In this document: positions 1-8,399 of the stretch, piece after piece
Layout of the letters: the number at the start of each line of letters is the position of its first letter
How positions within the stretch are numbered: position 1 is the first letter of the stretch
DNA from: Candidatus Deferrimicrobiaceae bacterium
Lineage (GTDB): Bacteria; Desulfobacterota; Deferrimicrobia; Deferrimicrobiales; Deferrimicrobiaceae
Direction: 5' to 3'
Length of the DNA: 64,000 nucleotides
Assembly: GCA_036504035.1 (NCBI GenBank)
Contig: DASXVV010000013.1
Span: forward strand, 13,302-77,301
Notes under the pieces: generated by a model
The model's input: the letters and a program-made list of their open reading frames with translations, nothing else
The model's database searches: none
What the model was told of the DNA's origin: nothing
Made by a program: the position numbers and the translations under genes

Positions 1-58
1 GGACGTGACACCGATTCCGCACAATGGCTGCCGCCCTCCCAAGCGGCGCCGGGTGTGA
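1..58 (+). CDS. rpsK: 30S ribosomal protein S11, C-terminal fragment (5' end outside window)
   Basis: Frame 2 reads DVTPIPHNGCRPPKRRRV followed by TGA at 56-58, the conserved S11 C-terminus. It precedes rpsD-rpoA-rplQ in the canonical order. Confidence 0.8.
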   Translation, partial: DVTPIPHNGCRPPKRRRV

Positions 59-93
59 GAATAACGTCACCAAAGTAAACAGGAGGATAGTCT

Positions 94-720
94 TTGGCCA
101 GGTACATAGGACCGGTATGCAGACTCTGCCGCCGCGAAGGAATAGAACTGTTCCTCAAGGGCGATCGTTGTTTCACCGACAAGTGCGCCGTCAAACGACG
201 TGGTTACCCGCCGGGGCAGCACGGACAGCGTCGTCCCAAACACAGCGATTACGGCACCCAGCTTCGCGAGAAACAGAAGGCAAAGCGTCTTTACGGGTTG
301 CTTGAACGGCAGTTCCGAAACTATTTCGAGAAGGCCGAAAAGATGAAGGGGAAGACCGGCGAAAACCTGCTGATCCTCCTCGAGCGTCGGCTGGACAGCG
401 TCGTTTACAAGCTCGGCTTCGCGCAAACCCGCAGGGAAAGCCGTCAGATGGTGCGTCACGGCCATTTCCTTGTTGCCGGGAAGAAGGTGAACATCCCGTC
501 TTTCCTCGTCAAGCCCGGGGATGTGATCGAGCTGAAGGAGAAGAGCCGCAAAGTAGTGGGTATCAACGAAGCGCTCGATGCCGTGGTCCGCAAGGGGATT
601 CCGGCCTGGGTCGAACTCGATCGAACGAATTTTCGGGGTGTCATCAAGACGTTCCCGACGCGCGTCGATGTCCGTGAGCCGATCCAGGAACAGCTGATCG
701 TCGAACTCTACTCCAAGTAA
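94..720 (+). CDS. rpsD: 30S ribosomal protein S4
   Basis: 208 aa. The N-terminus [16 protein letters not shown] matches the conserved S4 start position, so the TTG at 94 is the initiator. AGGAGG lies at 81-86. Confidence 0.97.
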   Translation: MARYIGPVCRLCRREGIELFLKGDRCFTDKCAVKRRGYPPGQHGQRRPKHSDYGTQLREKQKAKRLYGLLERQFRNYFEKAEKMKGKTGENLLILLERRLDSVVYKLGFAQTRRESRQMVRHGHFLVAGKKVNIPSFLVKPGDVIELKEKSRKVVGINEALDAVVRKGIPAWVELDRTNFRGVIKTFPTRVDVREPIQEQLIVELYSK

Positions 721-747
721 TTCTCCGGATCTAAAGAAGGGAGCAGC

Positions 748-1755
748 ATGTTCCAGCGAAATTGGAAGCAACTTATCAAGCCCCGGCGCATCGAGATCCA
801 GGCCGGCAGCGCAACCGCGGATTACGGCAAGTTCGTTGCCGAACCGCTTGAACGCGGGTTCGGCACGACTCTCGGTAATGCGCTTCGTCGGATCCTCCTT
901 TCCTCGCTGCAGGGCGCCGCGATCACTTCGGTCCGCATCGAGGGCGTGCAGCATGAGTTTTCCGCAATCACCGGCGTCGTCGAAGACGTGACCGACATCG
1001 TCCTCAACCTCAAGGAAGTGCGCCTTCGCATGCATTCCCCGGAGCAGCGGACGATCGTCATCGAGGAAAAAGGCCCCAAAAAAATAAAGGCGTCCGACAT
1101 CAAGATGGATGCCATGGTCGAAGTGCTCAACCGGGATCACTACATTGCCGAACTTTCCGACAACGCCAATCTCCGAATGGAGATGACCGTCCGGATGGGC
1201 AAGGGATACGTCTCCGCCGAACGCAACCTCGACGAAGGCGCCCCCATCGGGACGATTCCGATCGACGCGATCTTCTCTCCCATCAAGAAGGTCAATTTCA
1301 CCGTCACCAACGCCCGCGTCGGGCAGCAGACCGACTACGACAAGCTGACGCTGGAAGTCTGGACCGACGGATCGATGCTGCCGGCCGATGCTGTTGCCTA
1401 CGCCGCCAAGATCCTTAAGGAACAGCTTACCGTCTTCATCAATTTCGACGAAGAAGCCGACATGCCCGACGAGCCCGCCATCGCCGCAGAGGCGGACGGC
1501 AACGAAAATCTCTACAAGCCCGTCGAGGAACTCGAGCTGTCCGTCCGTGCCTACAATTGCCTTAAGAATGCCGAGATCAAGTATATCGGCGAGCTCGTCC
1601 AGCGTTCCGAATCCGAGATGCTCAAGACCAAGAATTTCGGGAAGAAGAGCCTGAACGAGATCAAGGACGTGCTGGTCAGCATGGGATTGTCGCTCGGCAT
1701 GAAAGTCGACGGCTTCTCCCCCGACAAGTACAGCCCGCCGCACGAAGAAGAATAA
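748..1755 (+). CDS. rpoA: DNA-directed RNA polymerase subunit alpha
   Basis: 335 aa. N-terminal assembly domain plus C-terminal domain motif ([24 protein letters not shown]). Operon position after rpsD. Confidence 0.97.
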   Translation: MFQRNWKQLIKPRRIEIQAGSATADYGKFVAEPLERGFGTTLGNALRRILLSSLQGAAITSVRIEGVQHEFSAITGVVEDVTDIVLNLKEVRLRMHSPEQRTIVIEEKGPKKIKASDIKMDAMVEVLNRDHYIAELSDNANLRMEMTVRMGKGYVSAERNLDEGAPIGTIPIDAIFSPIKKVNFTVTNARVGQQTDYDKLTLEVWTDGSMLPADAVAYAAKILKEQLTVFINFDEEADMPDEPAIAAEADGNENLYKPVEELELSVRAYNCLKNAEIKYIGELVQRSESEMLKTKNFGKKSLNEIKDVLVSMGLSLGMKVDGFSPDKYSPPHEEE

Positions 1756-1783
1756 ACACACAAAAGACAAAGAGGATAGCATT

Positions 1784-2329
1784 ATGCGTCATGCTGTCGA
1801 CCACCGGAAACTAGGCCGTAACCCGTCCCATCGAAAGGCGCTTCTGAAGAATCTCATGAACGCGCTGGTCTTGTCCGAACGGATCGAGACCACCGTTCCG
1901 AAAGCCAAGGAACTGCGTCGCCTCGCCGATCGCTTGATCACGCTCGGCAAGAAGGACACTCTCCACGCCCGACGCATGGTCTTCACGCTCCTGAGCGACA
2001 AGACCACGACCGACAAGTTGTTTTCCGGTCTTGCCGGGCGCTTCGCTGAACGGGCAGGCGGTTATACCCGTATCATCCGGACCGGTTACCGGGTCGGGGA
2101 CGGCGCCGAGATGGCCATCATCGAATATCTGCCTTCCGAAGAGAAGGAAGCCGCACCTGCGAAGGGCAAGAAGGCGCCCTCGAAGGGCGCCGCGAAGCCG
2201 GCAGTGAAGTCGGCAAAGGCCGCAACCAGGAAGCCGGCTTCCAAAGGGGCCGGCACCGCCAAGGAACCAGGCGCCCAGAAGGTCGCCCGCAAGAAGACCG
2301 TCTCTGCGCCCATCAAACGCGGGAGCTGA
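1784..2329 (+). CDS. rplQ: 50S ribosomal protein L17 with Lys/Ala-rich C-terminal extension
   Basis: 181 aa. MRHAVDHRKLGRNPSHRKALLKNL is the conserved L17 start. The last 60-odd residues are a low-complexity K/A/P/S tail. Confidence 0.95.
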   Translation: MRHAVDHRKLGRNPSHRKALLKNLMNALVLSERIETTVPKAKELRRLADRLITLGKKDTLHARRMVFTLLSDKTTTDKLFSGLAGRFAERAGGYTRIIRTGYRVGDGAEMAIIEYLPSEEKEAAPAKGKKAPSKGAAKPAVKSAKAATRKPASKGAGTAKEPGAQKVARKKTVSAPIKRGS

Positions 2330-2363
2330 ACCGGGATTCGCGAAAGCACAAGAAACTCTCATC

Positions 2364-2393
2364 AAAGGCGGCCCTTCGGGGTCGCCTTTTTTT
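2364..2393 (+). terminator. Rho-independent terminator of the alpha ribosomal operon
   Basis: GGCGGCCC-TTCG-GGGTCGCC hairpin (one G-U pair) followed directly by T7, 35 nt after the rplQ stop. Confidence 0.8.
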
Positions 2394-2415
2394 ATGCCCT
2401 GACGGCGGAAATCGC

Positions 2416-2445
2416 TTGACCGGAAGCGCTTCTCGTCCATATAAT
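2416..2445 (+). promoter_or_regulatory. Sigma70-type promoter for the fur-feoB array
   Basis: TTGACC (2416-2421), 18-nt spacer, TATAAT (2440-2445), about 40 nt upstream of the fur start. Confidence 0.6.
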
Positions 2446-2470
2446 GAAAATGAAATTCATGATCATGTCA
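2440..2470 (+). promoter_or_regulatory. Fur-box-like AT-rich operator overlapping the -10 element
   Basis: TATAATGAAAATGAAATTCATGATCATG. It has GATAAT-like hexamers (cATAAT, GAaAAT), CATgATC versus consensus CATTATC, and the palindromes TGAA-A-TTCA and CATGATCATG. It is the only strongly AT-rich stretch in this region. Confidence 0.55.
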
Positions 2471-2484
2471 GGCGGTGAAGCCCA

Positions 2485-2937
2485 TTGCAAAAGCTCCTGG
2501 AAAAGGTAGAAGAGCGGATACTTGCTTCCGGAGGAAAGCGGAGCAGAAGCCGCTCCGCGGTCATCGAGAGATTTTTTCGCTGCGGGAGGCACGTGTCGGC
2601 AGAGGAGTTGACGCGTCTCGTGAAGGATAGTTTTCCCGCCATAGGGTCCGTGACCGTCTACCGGACACTCAAGCTTCTCCTGAAGCTCGGATACGCCAAC
2701 GAGGTCGGCTTCGGGGAAGGGGTCACGCGATACGAGAGCAACCTGTCTTCGCATCATGACCACTTGGTCTGCCGGGCCTGCGGTGTCGTGACCGAGTTTA
2801 TCGATCCGAGGATCGAGGAATTGCAGACCGAGGTTGCGAAGGCGCATCGATTCAAGCCGACCATGCACCGGCTGGACATCTACGGATATTGCCGAAAATG
2901 CGAGCGCAAGCAGCGGACGGCCGGACCGGTGCTATGA
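2485..2937 (+). CDS. fur: Fur-family metalloregulator
   Basis: 150 aa. Winged-helix region (VTVYRTLKLL), HHDHLVCRACG metal site and a C-terminal CRKC pair. The stop overlaps the feoB ATG (ATGA). Confidence 0.85.
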   Translation: MQKLLEKVEERILASGGKRSRSRSAVIERFFRCGRHVSAEELTRLVKDSFPAIGSVTVYRTLKLLLKLGYANEVGFGEGVTRYESNLSSHHDHLVCRACGVVTEFIDPRIEELQTEVAKAHRFKPTMHRLDIYGYCRKCERKQRTAGPVL

Positions 2938-4907
2938 GCAATACAAGCCTCGCACAGGCCCCCATCGCCGAGAAGGTCATCCTGGTCGGCAATCCGAACG
3001 TGGGGAAGAGCGTCGTTTTCGGTCGTTTGACCGGCAGATATGTGAATGTTTCGAACTATCCTGGTACCACAGTCGAGATTACAAGAGGAGAGATACGCGA
3101 TCGGGGACGAGTCATCGAGATCATCGATACCCCCGGGGTCTACTCCCTCCACCCGATGTCCGAGGATGAACGCGTCACACGCGACATTCTCATGAATGAA
3201 CCCGGGGCGAAGATCCTCCAGGTTTGCGATGCCAAAAATCTGAGACGTTCCCTCATGATCACGGCCCAACTCTCCGAGATGCGCGTGCCCATGGCGGTCG
3301 TGGTCAACATGGTCGACGAAGCGCGGGAGCGGGGTGTCATGCCGCGGATCGACAGCCTGGGAGAGGACGTCGGCGTCCCAGTGCTCGGGATCGTCGCCGT
3401 TAGAGGGAAAGGCACCGACCGGCTGACGGGACTCATAGCGGGGGCCAGCGTCTCACGGGTCCGGATCGATTACGGGGAAATCATCGAGGCCGCCATTTCG
3501 GAGATGGAGCCGTTGATCCCAGAAGATGCGCCGATCGGGCGGCGCGCCCTTTCCCTGATGCTGCTTTCGGGGGACGATTCGCTTGCGGCATGGCTTCGGG
3601 CTTCTGTCACCGAAGACCGGGTCCGCGCGATGAACGAGATCCGGAACCGGCTCGTCGCGCGGGTCGGGGACGACGTGGGCTACATCGTCAACCAGAGGCG
3701 CGCCCAATGGACGGATCGCCTGGTGGAGCGGCTGGGGATCGAGCCGTCCGAACGACCGGCTCACGGTTATGCCCAGCGGCTCGGCCAATGGGCCATGGAT
3801 CCCGTCTACGGCATCCCGGTGCTGCTCGGAGTTCTTCTGGTCGCCTACGGATTCGTGGGGGCCTTCGGCGCCGGCACCTTGGTCGATCTCCTGCAGAACC
3901 GGCTGTTCGGGGAATTGGTGATTCCCGCGGTTACCCGGCTAGCCGATGCGGTCATCCCCTGGGAGATCCTTCGGTCATTCCTGGTCGGCCCATACGGGGT
4001 CATCTCGATGGCGCTATCGTATGCCGTCGCCATCGTGCTGCCGATCGTCGGGACCTTCTTCTTCTTCTTCGGAATCCTCGAGGATTCGGGCTATCTACCC
4101 CGTCTCGCGGTGATGGTCGATCGCTTGTTCAAACGGATCGGCTGCAACGGAAAGGCCGTTCTGCCGCTCGTGCTCGGCCTCGGGTGCGACACCATGGCCA
4201 CGCTGACGGCCCGGATTCTCGAATCCCGGAAAGAGCGGCTGATCGTCACGCTTTTACTCGCGCTCGGCATTCCATGCTCGGCACAGCTCGGGGTGATCCT
4301 AGGGATGCTGGGCGGCGTCGGCCTGCACGCGGCGCTCATCTGGACCGCAATCGTCGTCGGCGTCATCATCCTGGTGGGCTGGCTTGCCGCGAAAGTCATC
4401 CCGGGCCACTCGTCGGATTTCATCATGGAGATTCCGCCGATCCGGATGCCGCAGCTGGGCAACCTGGCAGTCAAGACGATGGCCCGCATCGAGTGGTATT
4501 TGCGGGAGGCGGTCCCGCTATTCGTGGTGGGAACCGTGATCCTTTTCGTTGCGGACAGGACCGGGGCGCTGGCTTTCATCGAACGGGTTTCCCAGCCTCT
4601 GATCGTGCGACTGCTCGATCTGCCTCCCAGCACCGCGGGCGTGTTCCTGATCGGGTTCCTTCGCAGGGACTACGGAGCGGCCGGGCTCTACCGCATGGCG
4701 CAGGCCGGTTTGCTGGACCACGTTCAGGTGCTCGTGAGCCTGGTTACGATGACGCTTTTCATCCCTTGCCTCGCGAATTTCCTGGTCATCATCAAGGAGC
4801 ACGGGATGAAGATCGCCGTAGGCATGGCGGTGTTCATCTTCCCGTTCGCGATCCTGGTCGGGGCCGCACTCAACTATGCGATCCGACATTTGGGAATTGT
4901 CCTGTAG
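2934..4907 (+). CDS. feoB: Ferrous iron transporter FeoB
   Basis: N-terminal G domain (GNPNVGKS, DTPG, NMVD) followed by a long polytopic permease region. I prefer ATG 2934 over the ORF-track start at 2889 because of the ATGA junction with fur. Confidence 0.93.
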   Translation: MSNTSLAQAPIAEKVILVGNPNVGKSVVFGRLTGRYVNVSNYPGTTVEITRGEIRDRGRVIEIIDTPGVYSLHPMSEDERVTRDILMNEPGAKILQVCDAKNLRRSLMITAQLSEMRVPMAVVVNMVDEARERGVMPRIDSLGEDVGVPVLGIVAVRGKGTDRLTGLIAGASVSRVRIDYGEIIEAAISEMEPLIPEDAPIGRRALSLMLLSGDDSLAAWLRASVTEDRVRAMNEIRNRLVARVGDDVGYIVNQRRAQWTDRLVERLGIEPSERPAHGYAQRLGQWAMDPVYGIPVLLGVLLVAYGFVGAFGAGTLVDLLQNRLFGELVIPAVTRLADAVIPWEILRSFLVGPYGVISMALSYAVAIVLPIVGTFFFFFGILEDSGYLPRLAVMVDRLFKRIGCNGKAVLPLVLGLGCDTMATLTARILESRKERLIVTLLLALGIPCSAQLGVILGMLGGVGLHAALIWTAIVVGVIILVGWLAAKVIPGHSSDFIMEIPPIRMPQLGNLAVKTMARIEWYLREAVPLFVVGTVILFVADRTGALAFIERVSQPLIVRLLDLPPSTAGVFLIGFLRRDYGAAGLYRMAQAGLLDHVQVLVSLVTMTLFIPCLANFLVIIKEHGMKIAVGMAVFIFPFAILVGAALNYAIRHLGIVL

Positions 4908-4917
4908 GAGAATCGAC

Positions 4918-5109
4918 GTGGAAAAGTTAAAGTGTCCACTTTGCCAGCATGAGATCGATCCGTCGTCGAGGGCATGCCGGACCGGTTGTCCGATGGGGAA
5001 GGATTGCTCGCTGGTCTGTTGCCCCAATTGCCACTATTCGTTTCCGATTCCTGAATCGCGCGTGATCAATTTCCTGAAGAAAATCTTTTCGAAAGGGAGC
5101 GGTCGATGA
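4918..5109 (+). CDS. Small Cys-rich protein (9 Cys, zinc-ribbon-like), unknown function
   Basis: 63 aa from GTG 4918, with AGGAG 7 nt upstream. Sequence VEKLKCPLCQHE...CRTGCPMGKDCSLVCCPNCH. No signal peptide or TM. Its stop overlaps the next gene's ATG (ATGA). Confidence 0.55.
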   Translation: MEKLKCPLCQHEIDPSSRACRTGCPMGKDCSLVCCPNCHYSFPIPESRVINFLKKIFSKGSGR

Positions 5110-5753
5110 CCGAATACGGACAGGACGAGATCCTTGAACTGATCTGGACGCTGAGGGAAAGCGGCCGACCGACGATGGAGACGCTGCTTCGCCATACGGA
5201 AGAAGAAAGCCCCGAAACGCTCCTCGACGACCTGGCGATGGGAGGATACATCGACGTCTCGCCGGAAGAGATCCGGATGACGAAATCGGGCGAGGAACGG
5301 GCACGCGGGATCATCCGGCGCCACCGGCTGGCCGAGGTCCTGCTCGCCAATCTATTCGACCTCGAGGACTCGCAGATCGAGAACAGTGCCTGCAAGTTCG
5401 AGCACGTCCTTTCCGAGGCCGTGACCGAGAGCGTGTGCACCTTCCTGGGACACCCGCCGGTCTGTCCCCACGGGAAGACGATCCCCCGGGGAGAATGCTG
5501 CGACCGGATCCGGACCGAGATCCTTCCGCTCGTCACGCGCCTGACGGACGCCGGCCTCGGGGATACCGTGCGGATCGTCTTCATCACCCCCAAGTCCCGA
5601 AAAAGGCTCGAAAAGCTCAGCTCCCTCGGCATCGTACCGGGAAGCCGGATCCGGCTCCTTCAGAGAAACCCGTCCTATGTCCTTCAAATCGGGGAAACGA
5701 CCGTGGCGGTCGATCGGGACATCACCGATGAAATATTCGTCAAGCGCGCTTAG
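5106..5753 (+). CDS. DtxR/IdeR-family metal-dependent regulator with C-terminal FeoA/SH3-like domain
   Basis: 215 aa. Contains RRHRLAEVLL and the CPHGKTIP metal-site region typical of DtxR family. The C-terminal GDTVRIV...LGIVPGSRIRLL is FeoA-like. Confidence 0.85.
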   Translation: MTEYGQDEILELIWTLRESGRPTMETLLRHTEEESPETLLDDLAMGGYIDVSPEEIRMTKSGEERARGIIRRHRLAEVLLANLFDLEDSQIENSACKFEHVLSEAVTESVCTFLGHPPVCPHGKTIPRGECCDRIRTEILPLVTRLTDAGLGDTVRIVFITPKSRKRLEKLSSLGIVPGSRIRLLQRNPSYVLQIGETTVAVDRDITDEIFVKRA

Positions 5754-6978
5754 GGCGCTCTGCGCCTCCCTTGCGGCGGTTCTCTTCCTCGAATGGAGCG
5801 GGTTGGCCGTTCCTTGCCGCGCGGAGGGGCGGGAACCGGTGCTCCTGCTGAAATACTCCGCCGCCTCGATTTCCGACGAGGACGCCCGGAAACGCTTTTC
5901 CCCGGTTCTCGCCGAGATCGAGAAAAGGCTCGATGTCCACGCGGCCTTGACAGCCAGGGGACGGGGCGATCTCGGGCCCGTGCTGGCTGAAATCGATGAT
6001 TCCACGCTGAAAGATATTTCGATCCGCGTTTCCGAGGCAAGCCGCAGGATGGATCGTCTCGAGAACAGGGAAGCGGAACGCGCGCTCTCGGGCATAGAGA
6101 AAGAGATGCGGAAGTATCGCTTCGGGGATGCGACCCGACCGATCCTTGCGGATGTTTGCCTGAAGTTGGGCACCTTGTCGATCTGGAACGGGAACAAGGA
6201 AGCGGCGCTCGCAAGTTTCCGGAAAGCCCGGTCCCTTGAGCCAGGCTTCGAACCGGACCCGGCCCTTCACTCCCCCCAGTTCCGCCAGCTTTGGGCCGAG
6301 ACCGGAAAAGGCGCTGCGGCCGAAGCCGAAATCCTGTTCGAATCCGTTCCGCAAGGGGCGCGCGTCTTCATCGATAATGCCGACCAGGGCGTGACGCCAC
6401 GACGCATCCGGGTCCCGGCCTCCCGGCCCGTGCGGGTTCGGCTCGAGCATCCGGGGTACCAGGCCTCCGTCGGGACGCGACAGTGGCTCGTGGGAGACAC
6501 TGAGCGGGTCGAGGTTCTCCTTTCGGGCGATCGCGAATCGAGGCTCGCCGGATTTTTCGAAGCGAACGGTTCCGAAATCCGGGAGGCGGGTCCGATCGTT
6601 TCCGAAATGGCGAAGGAGGCGGGGGTCGAAAAGCTCGCGTTCCTGATGCTCGGCCGTAGAGACGGCGTGCCCGAACTACGAGTTCTTTCAGCCTCGGCAT
6701 CCTCTCCGGAGCCTCGGCTCCTCGGAACGGTCCGCTTCCCGGAGGACGAGAAGGGGTATTCCTCGAATGCCTCCCGCATTACGGCCTTGCTGGCGGAAGC
6801 AGGGTGGCCATCGAAGACCGCCGGGAAGAAAGCCCAGGAAAGGCCATGGTATTATAGTTGGTGGTTGTTGACGGGGGTCGGATTGCTGGCGGCCGGTGCT
6901 GCCGCGGCCTTGAGTGGGGGGGGAGGCGGCGGTGGGGGCGGCGGGACGTCAACCAGCCCGACCAGCGTCAGCTTCTGA
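5728..6978 (+). CDS. Secreted PEGA-domain protein with C-terminal TM helix and poly-Gly tail
   Basis: ATG 5728 gives a signal-peptide-like N-terminus (MKYSSSALRALCASLAAVLFLEW...AEG). PEGA-like segment FESVPQGARVFIDNADQGVTPRRIRV. C-terminus WWLLTGVGLLAAGAAAAL then G10 then TSTSPTSVSF. Confidence 0.7.
   Translation: MKYSSSALRALCASLAAVLFLEWSGLAVPCRAEGREPVLLLKYSAASISDEDARKRFSPVLAEIEKRLDVHAALTARGRGDLGPVLAEIDDSTLKDISIRVSEASRRMDRLENREAERALSGIEKEMRKYRFGDATRPILADVCLKLGTLSIWNGNKEAALASFRKARSLEPGFEPDPALHSPQFRQLWAETGKGAAAEAEILFESVPQGARVFIDNADQGVTPRRIRVPASRPVRVRLEHPGYQASVGTRQWLVGDTERVEVLLSGDRESRLAGFFEANGSEIREAGPIVSEMAKEAGVEKLAFLMLGRRDGVPELRVLSASASSPEPRLLGTVRFPEDEKGYSSNASRITALLAEAGWPSKTAGKKAQERPWYYSWWLLTGVGLLAAGAAAALSGGGGGGGGGGTSTSPTSVSF
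6916..6945 (+). repeat. Poly-glycine coding tract including a G8 homopolymer (6916-6923)
   Basis: ggg ggg gga ggc ggc ggt ggg ggc ggc ggg read directly in the PEGA-protein frame. Confidence 0.9.
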
Positions 6979-7007
6979 TCATCCGCCGAAAGGACGTTCG
7001 AATCCAA

Positions 7008-8366
7008 GTGCATCCCCTCCTACTCGCGTTGCTGATCCTGATCCAGTCTTCCCTGGCCGTCGCTGCCGGTACGCCCGCGGGCGAGACCGTCATCAAGGAT
7101 CTGAAGAACACGAAGATCATCCGTTCCAACGAACAACCGCACCAGATCCTCAACGAAGCGTGCCTCGCGTGCCACCCCAAGGACAAGTTCAATTTCTGGC
7201 TGCTCATCTACAAGGGCAAGCAACCGAGTGTCCTCGTCGAATCACAGGACGGAAAGCCGGGCCTCCAGGCGGACGGCACCGGTTCGAAACAGGCGCCGGT
7301 CAATAAGTACAATTCACATGAAACACTCGCCTGCAGCTTCTGCCATTTCGACAATCCGACCGCAACAACCGCAAAATTCATCATGGAAATCCCGGACCTG
7401 TGCCGGCTTTGCCACCCGGGGATGGAAACTCACAACATGCCCGAAGGAGAGCAGGCGAAGAGCGTCGCCGCGGGAATCGAAGCCGGCAAGCTGCCCGGAC
7501 GCGAAGGGAAGATCCTTTGCACGACCTGCCACAAGCTCCATGATTCGATCTACGGCATGCGTGAGGCCTACGCCAGAATCGTGTATGAGGGGAAGATTCC
7601 GAATCCCCACGGAAATCGCTTCCTCTGTTTCGCCTGTCATCCAGGCAAGATCAAGGAAGGGACCGAAGTTCCGCTTGGCGAGGGGCGCGACATCGAAAAA
7701 CTGTGCAACAGCTGCCACGGGCGCCCGGGCGTGCCCAAGGCCCCCCACGTGGTCGGGGTGACCTCCTCCTCCGAAAGCACATGGCGAATGGATTACCTGG
7801 GCTATCCGCTCGAACAGGGGAAGCTGATCTGCACGACCTGCCATGACGAGGTTTCGCATCGCAAGCCCGATCCGGCGAATCCACGGTTCCTCCGTGGCGG
7901 CCCTTACGCGGAGCAGGACCAGTTCTGCTACCGGTGCCATCTCGAGGACAAGGATCAACTGAGCAATCCCCACCGCCAGATCGATCCTTTCGGCCGGATA
8001 CGCATCGAATCCTGCCGTTTCTGCCACAAGAAGGATCCCGATCTCGCGAAGCCGCGGAATCCCAAAAATCTCGAGATGGTGGGCGAAGAGGTCAGCATCT
8101 GCTCCAATTGCCACCCCGACCGGCCCCATCCCGACAGGGACCACAACGTCGCGATGAGCGGTGAGAAGCTTGCAAGAAAGGTCGCCTACGAACAGAGGCA
8201 CCAGGTCACGTTGCCGCTCGGCGATGGCGACATGGTTCGGTGCAGCACGTGCCACAACCCCCACGCAAAGGGCGTGCTCAAGGGCGAGTCCGGCGTCGGG
8301 GCCGGGTCAAAATGGCGCGTCCCGGATTTCCGGGAAGTTTGTGCTCCCTGTCACGGTCGTTTCTAG
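7008..8366 (+). CDS. Multiheme cytochrome c, 12 CXXCH motifs
   Basis: GTG 7008 gives the signal peptide VHPLLLALLILIQSSLAVAAG. I count 12 CXXCH: CLACH, CSFCH, CRLCH, CTTCH, CFACH, CNSCH, CTTCH, CYRCH, CRFCH, CSNCH, CSTCH, CAPCH. The ORF-track start at 6858 overlaps the upstream gene and encodes R/G-rich junk. Confidence 0.9.
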   Translation: MHPLLLALLILIQSSLAVAAGTPAGETVIKDLKNTKIIRSNEQPHQILNEACLACHPKDKFNFWLLIYKGKQPSVLVESQDGKPGLQADGTGSKQAPVNKYNSHETLACSFCHFDNPTATTAKFIMEIPDLCRLCHPGMETHNMPEGEQAKSVAAGIEAGKLPGREGKILCTTCHKLHDSIYGMREAYARIVYEGKIPNPHGNRFLCFACHPGKIKEGTEVPLGEGRDIEKLCNSCHGRPGVPKAPHVVGVTSSSESTWRMDYLGYPLEQGKLICTTCHDEVSHRKPDPANPRFLRGGPYAEQDQFCYRCHLEDKDQLSNPHRQIDPFGRIRIESCRFCHKKDPDLAKPRNPKNLEMVGEEVSICSNCHPDRPHPDRDHNVAMSGEKLARKVAYEQRHQVTLPLGDGDMVRCSTCHNPHAKGVLKGESGVGAGSKWRVPDFREVCAPCHGRF

Positions 8367-8399
8367 ACGGTCTGGACGTATCATCCCATGGAGGCTTGA

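Noticed and set aside
67-1782. 571-aa ORF on the minus strand spanning rpsD and rpoA
   Set aside because: It is exactly antisense to two universally conserved, motif-verified genes. The composition is low-complexity (G/D/L/V/R-rich), typical of shadow ORFs in GC-rich DNA.
3590-4930. 446-aa plus-strand ORF in an alternative frame of feoB
   Set aside because: The translation is Arg/Gly/Pro-rich with no recognisable domain, and it lies wholly inside the well-supported FeoB permease region.
4918-5109. CPNCH (a CXXCH motif) in the small Cys-rich ORF, considered as a mini c-type cytochrome
   Set aside because: There is no signal peptide or TM segment for periplasmic heme attachment. The cysteine spacing looks like a zinc-ribbon or Fe-S protein, so I did not count it as a heme site.
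6858-7007. Upstream ATG start for the 12-heme cytochrome
   Set aside because: It would overlap the PEGA gene by 120 nt and add an R/G/W-rich segment before the hydrophobic signal sequence. GTG 7008 gives a normal signal peptide.
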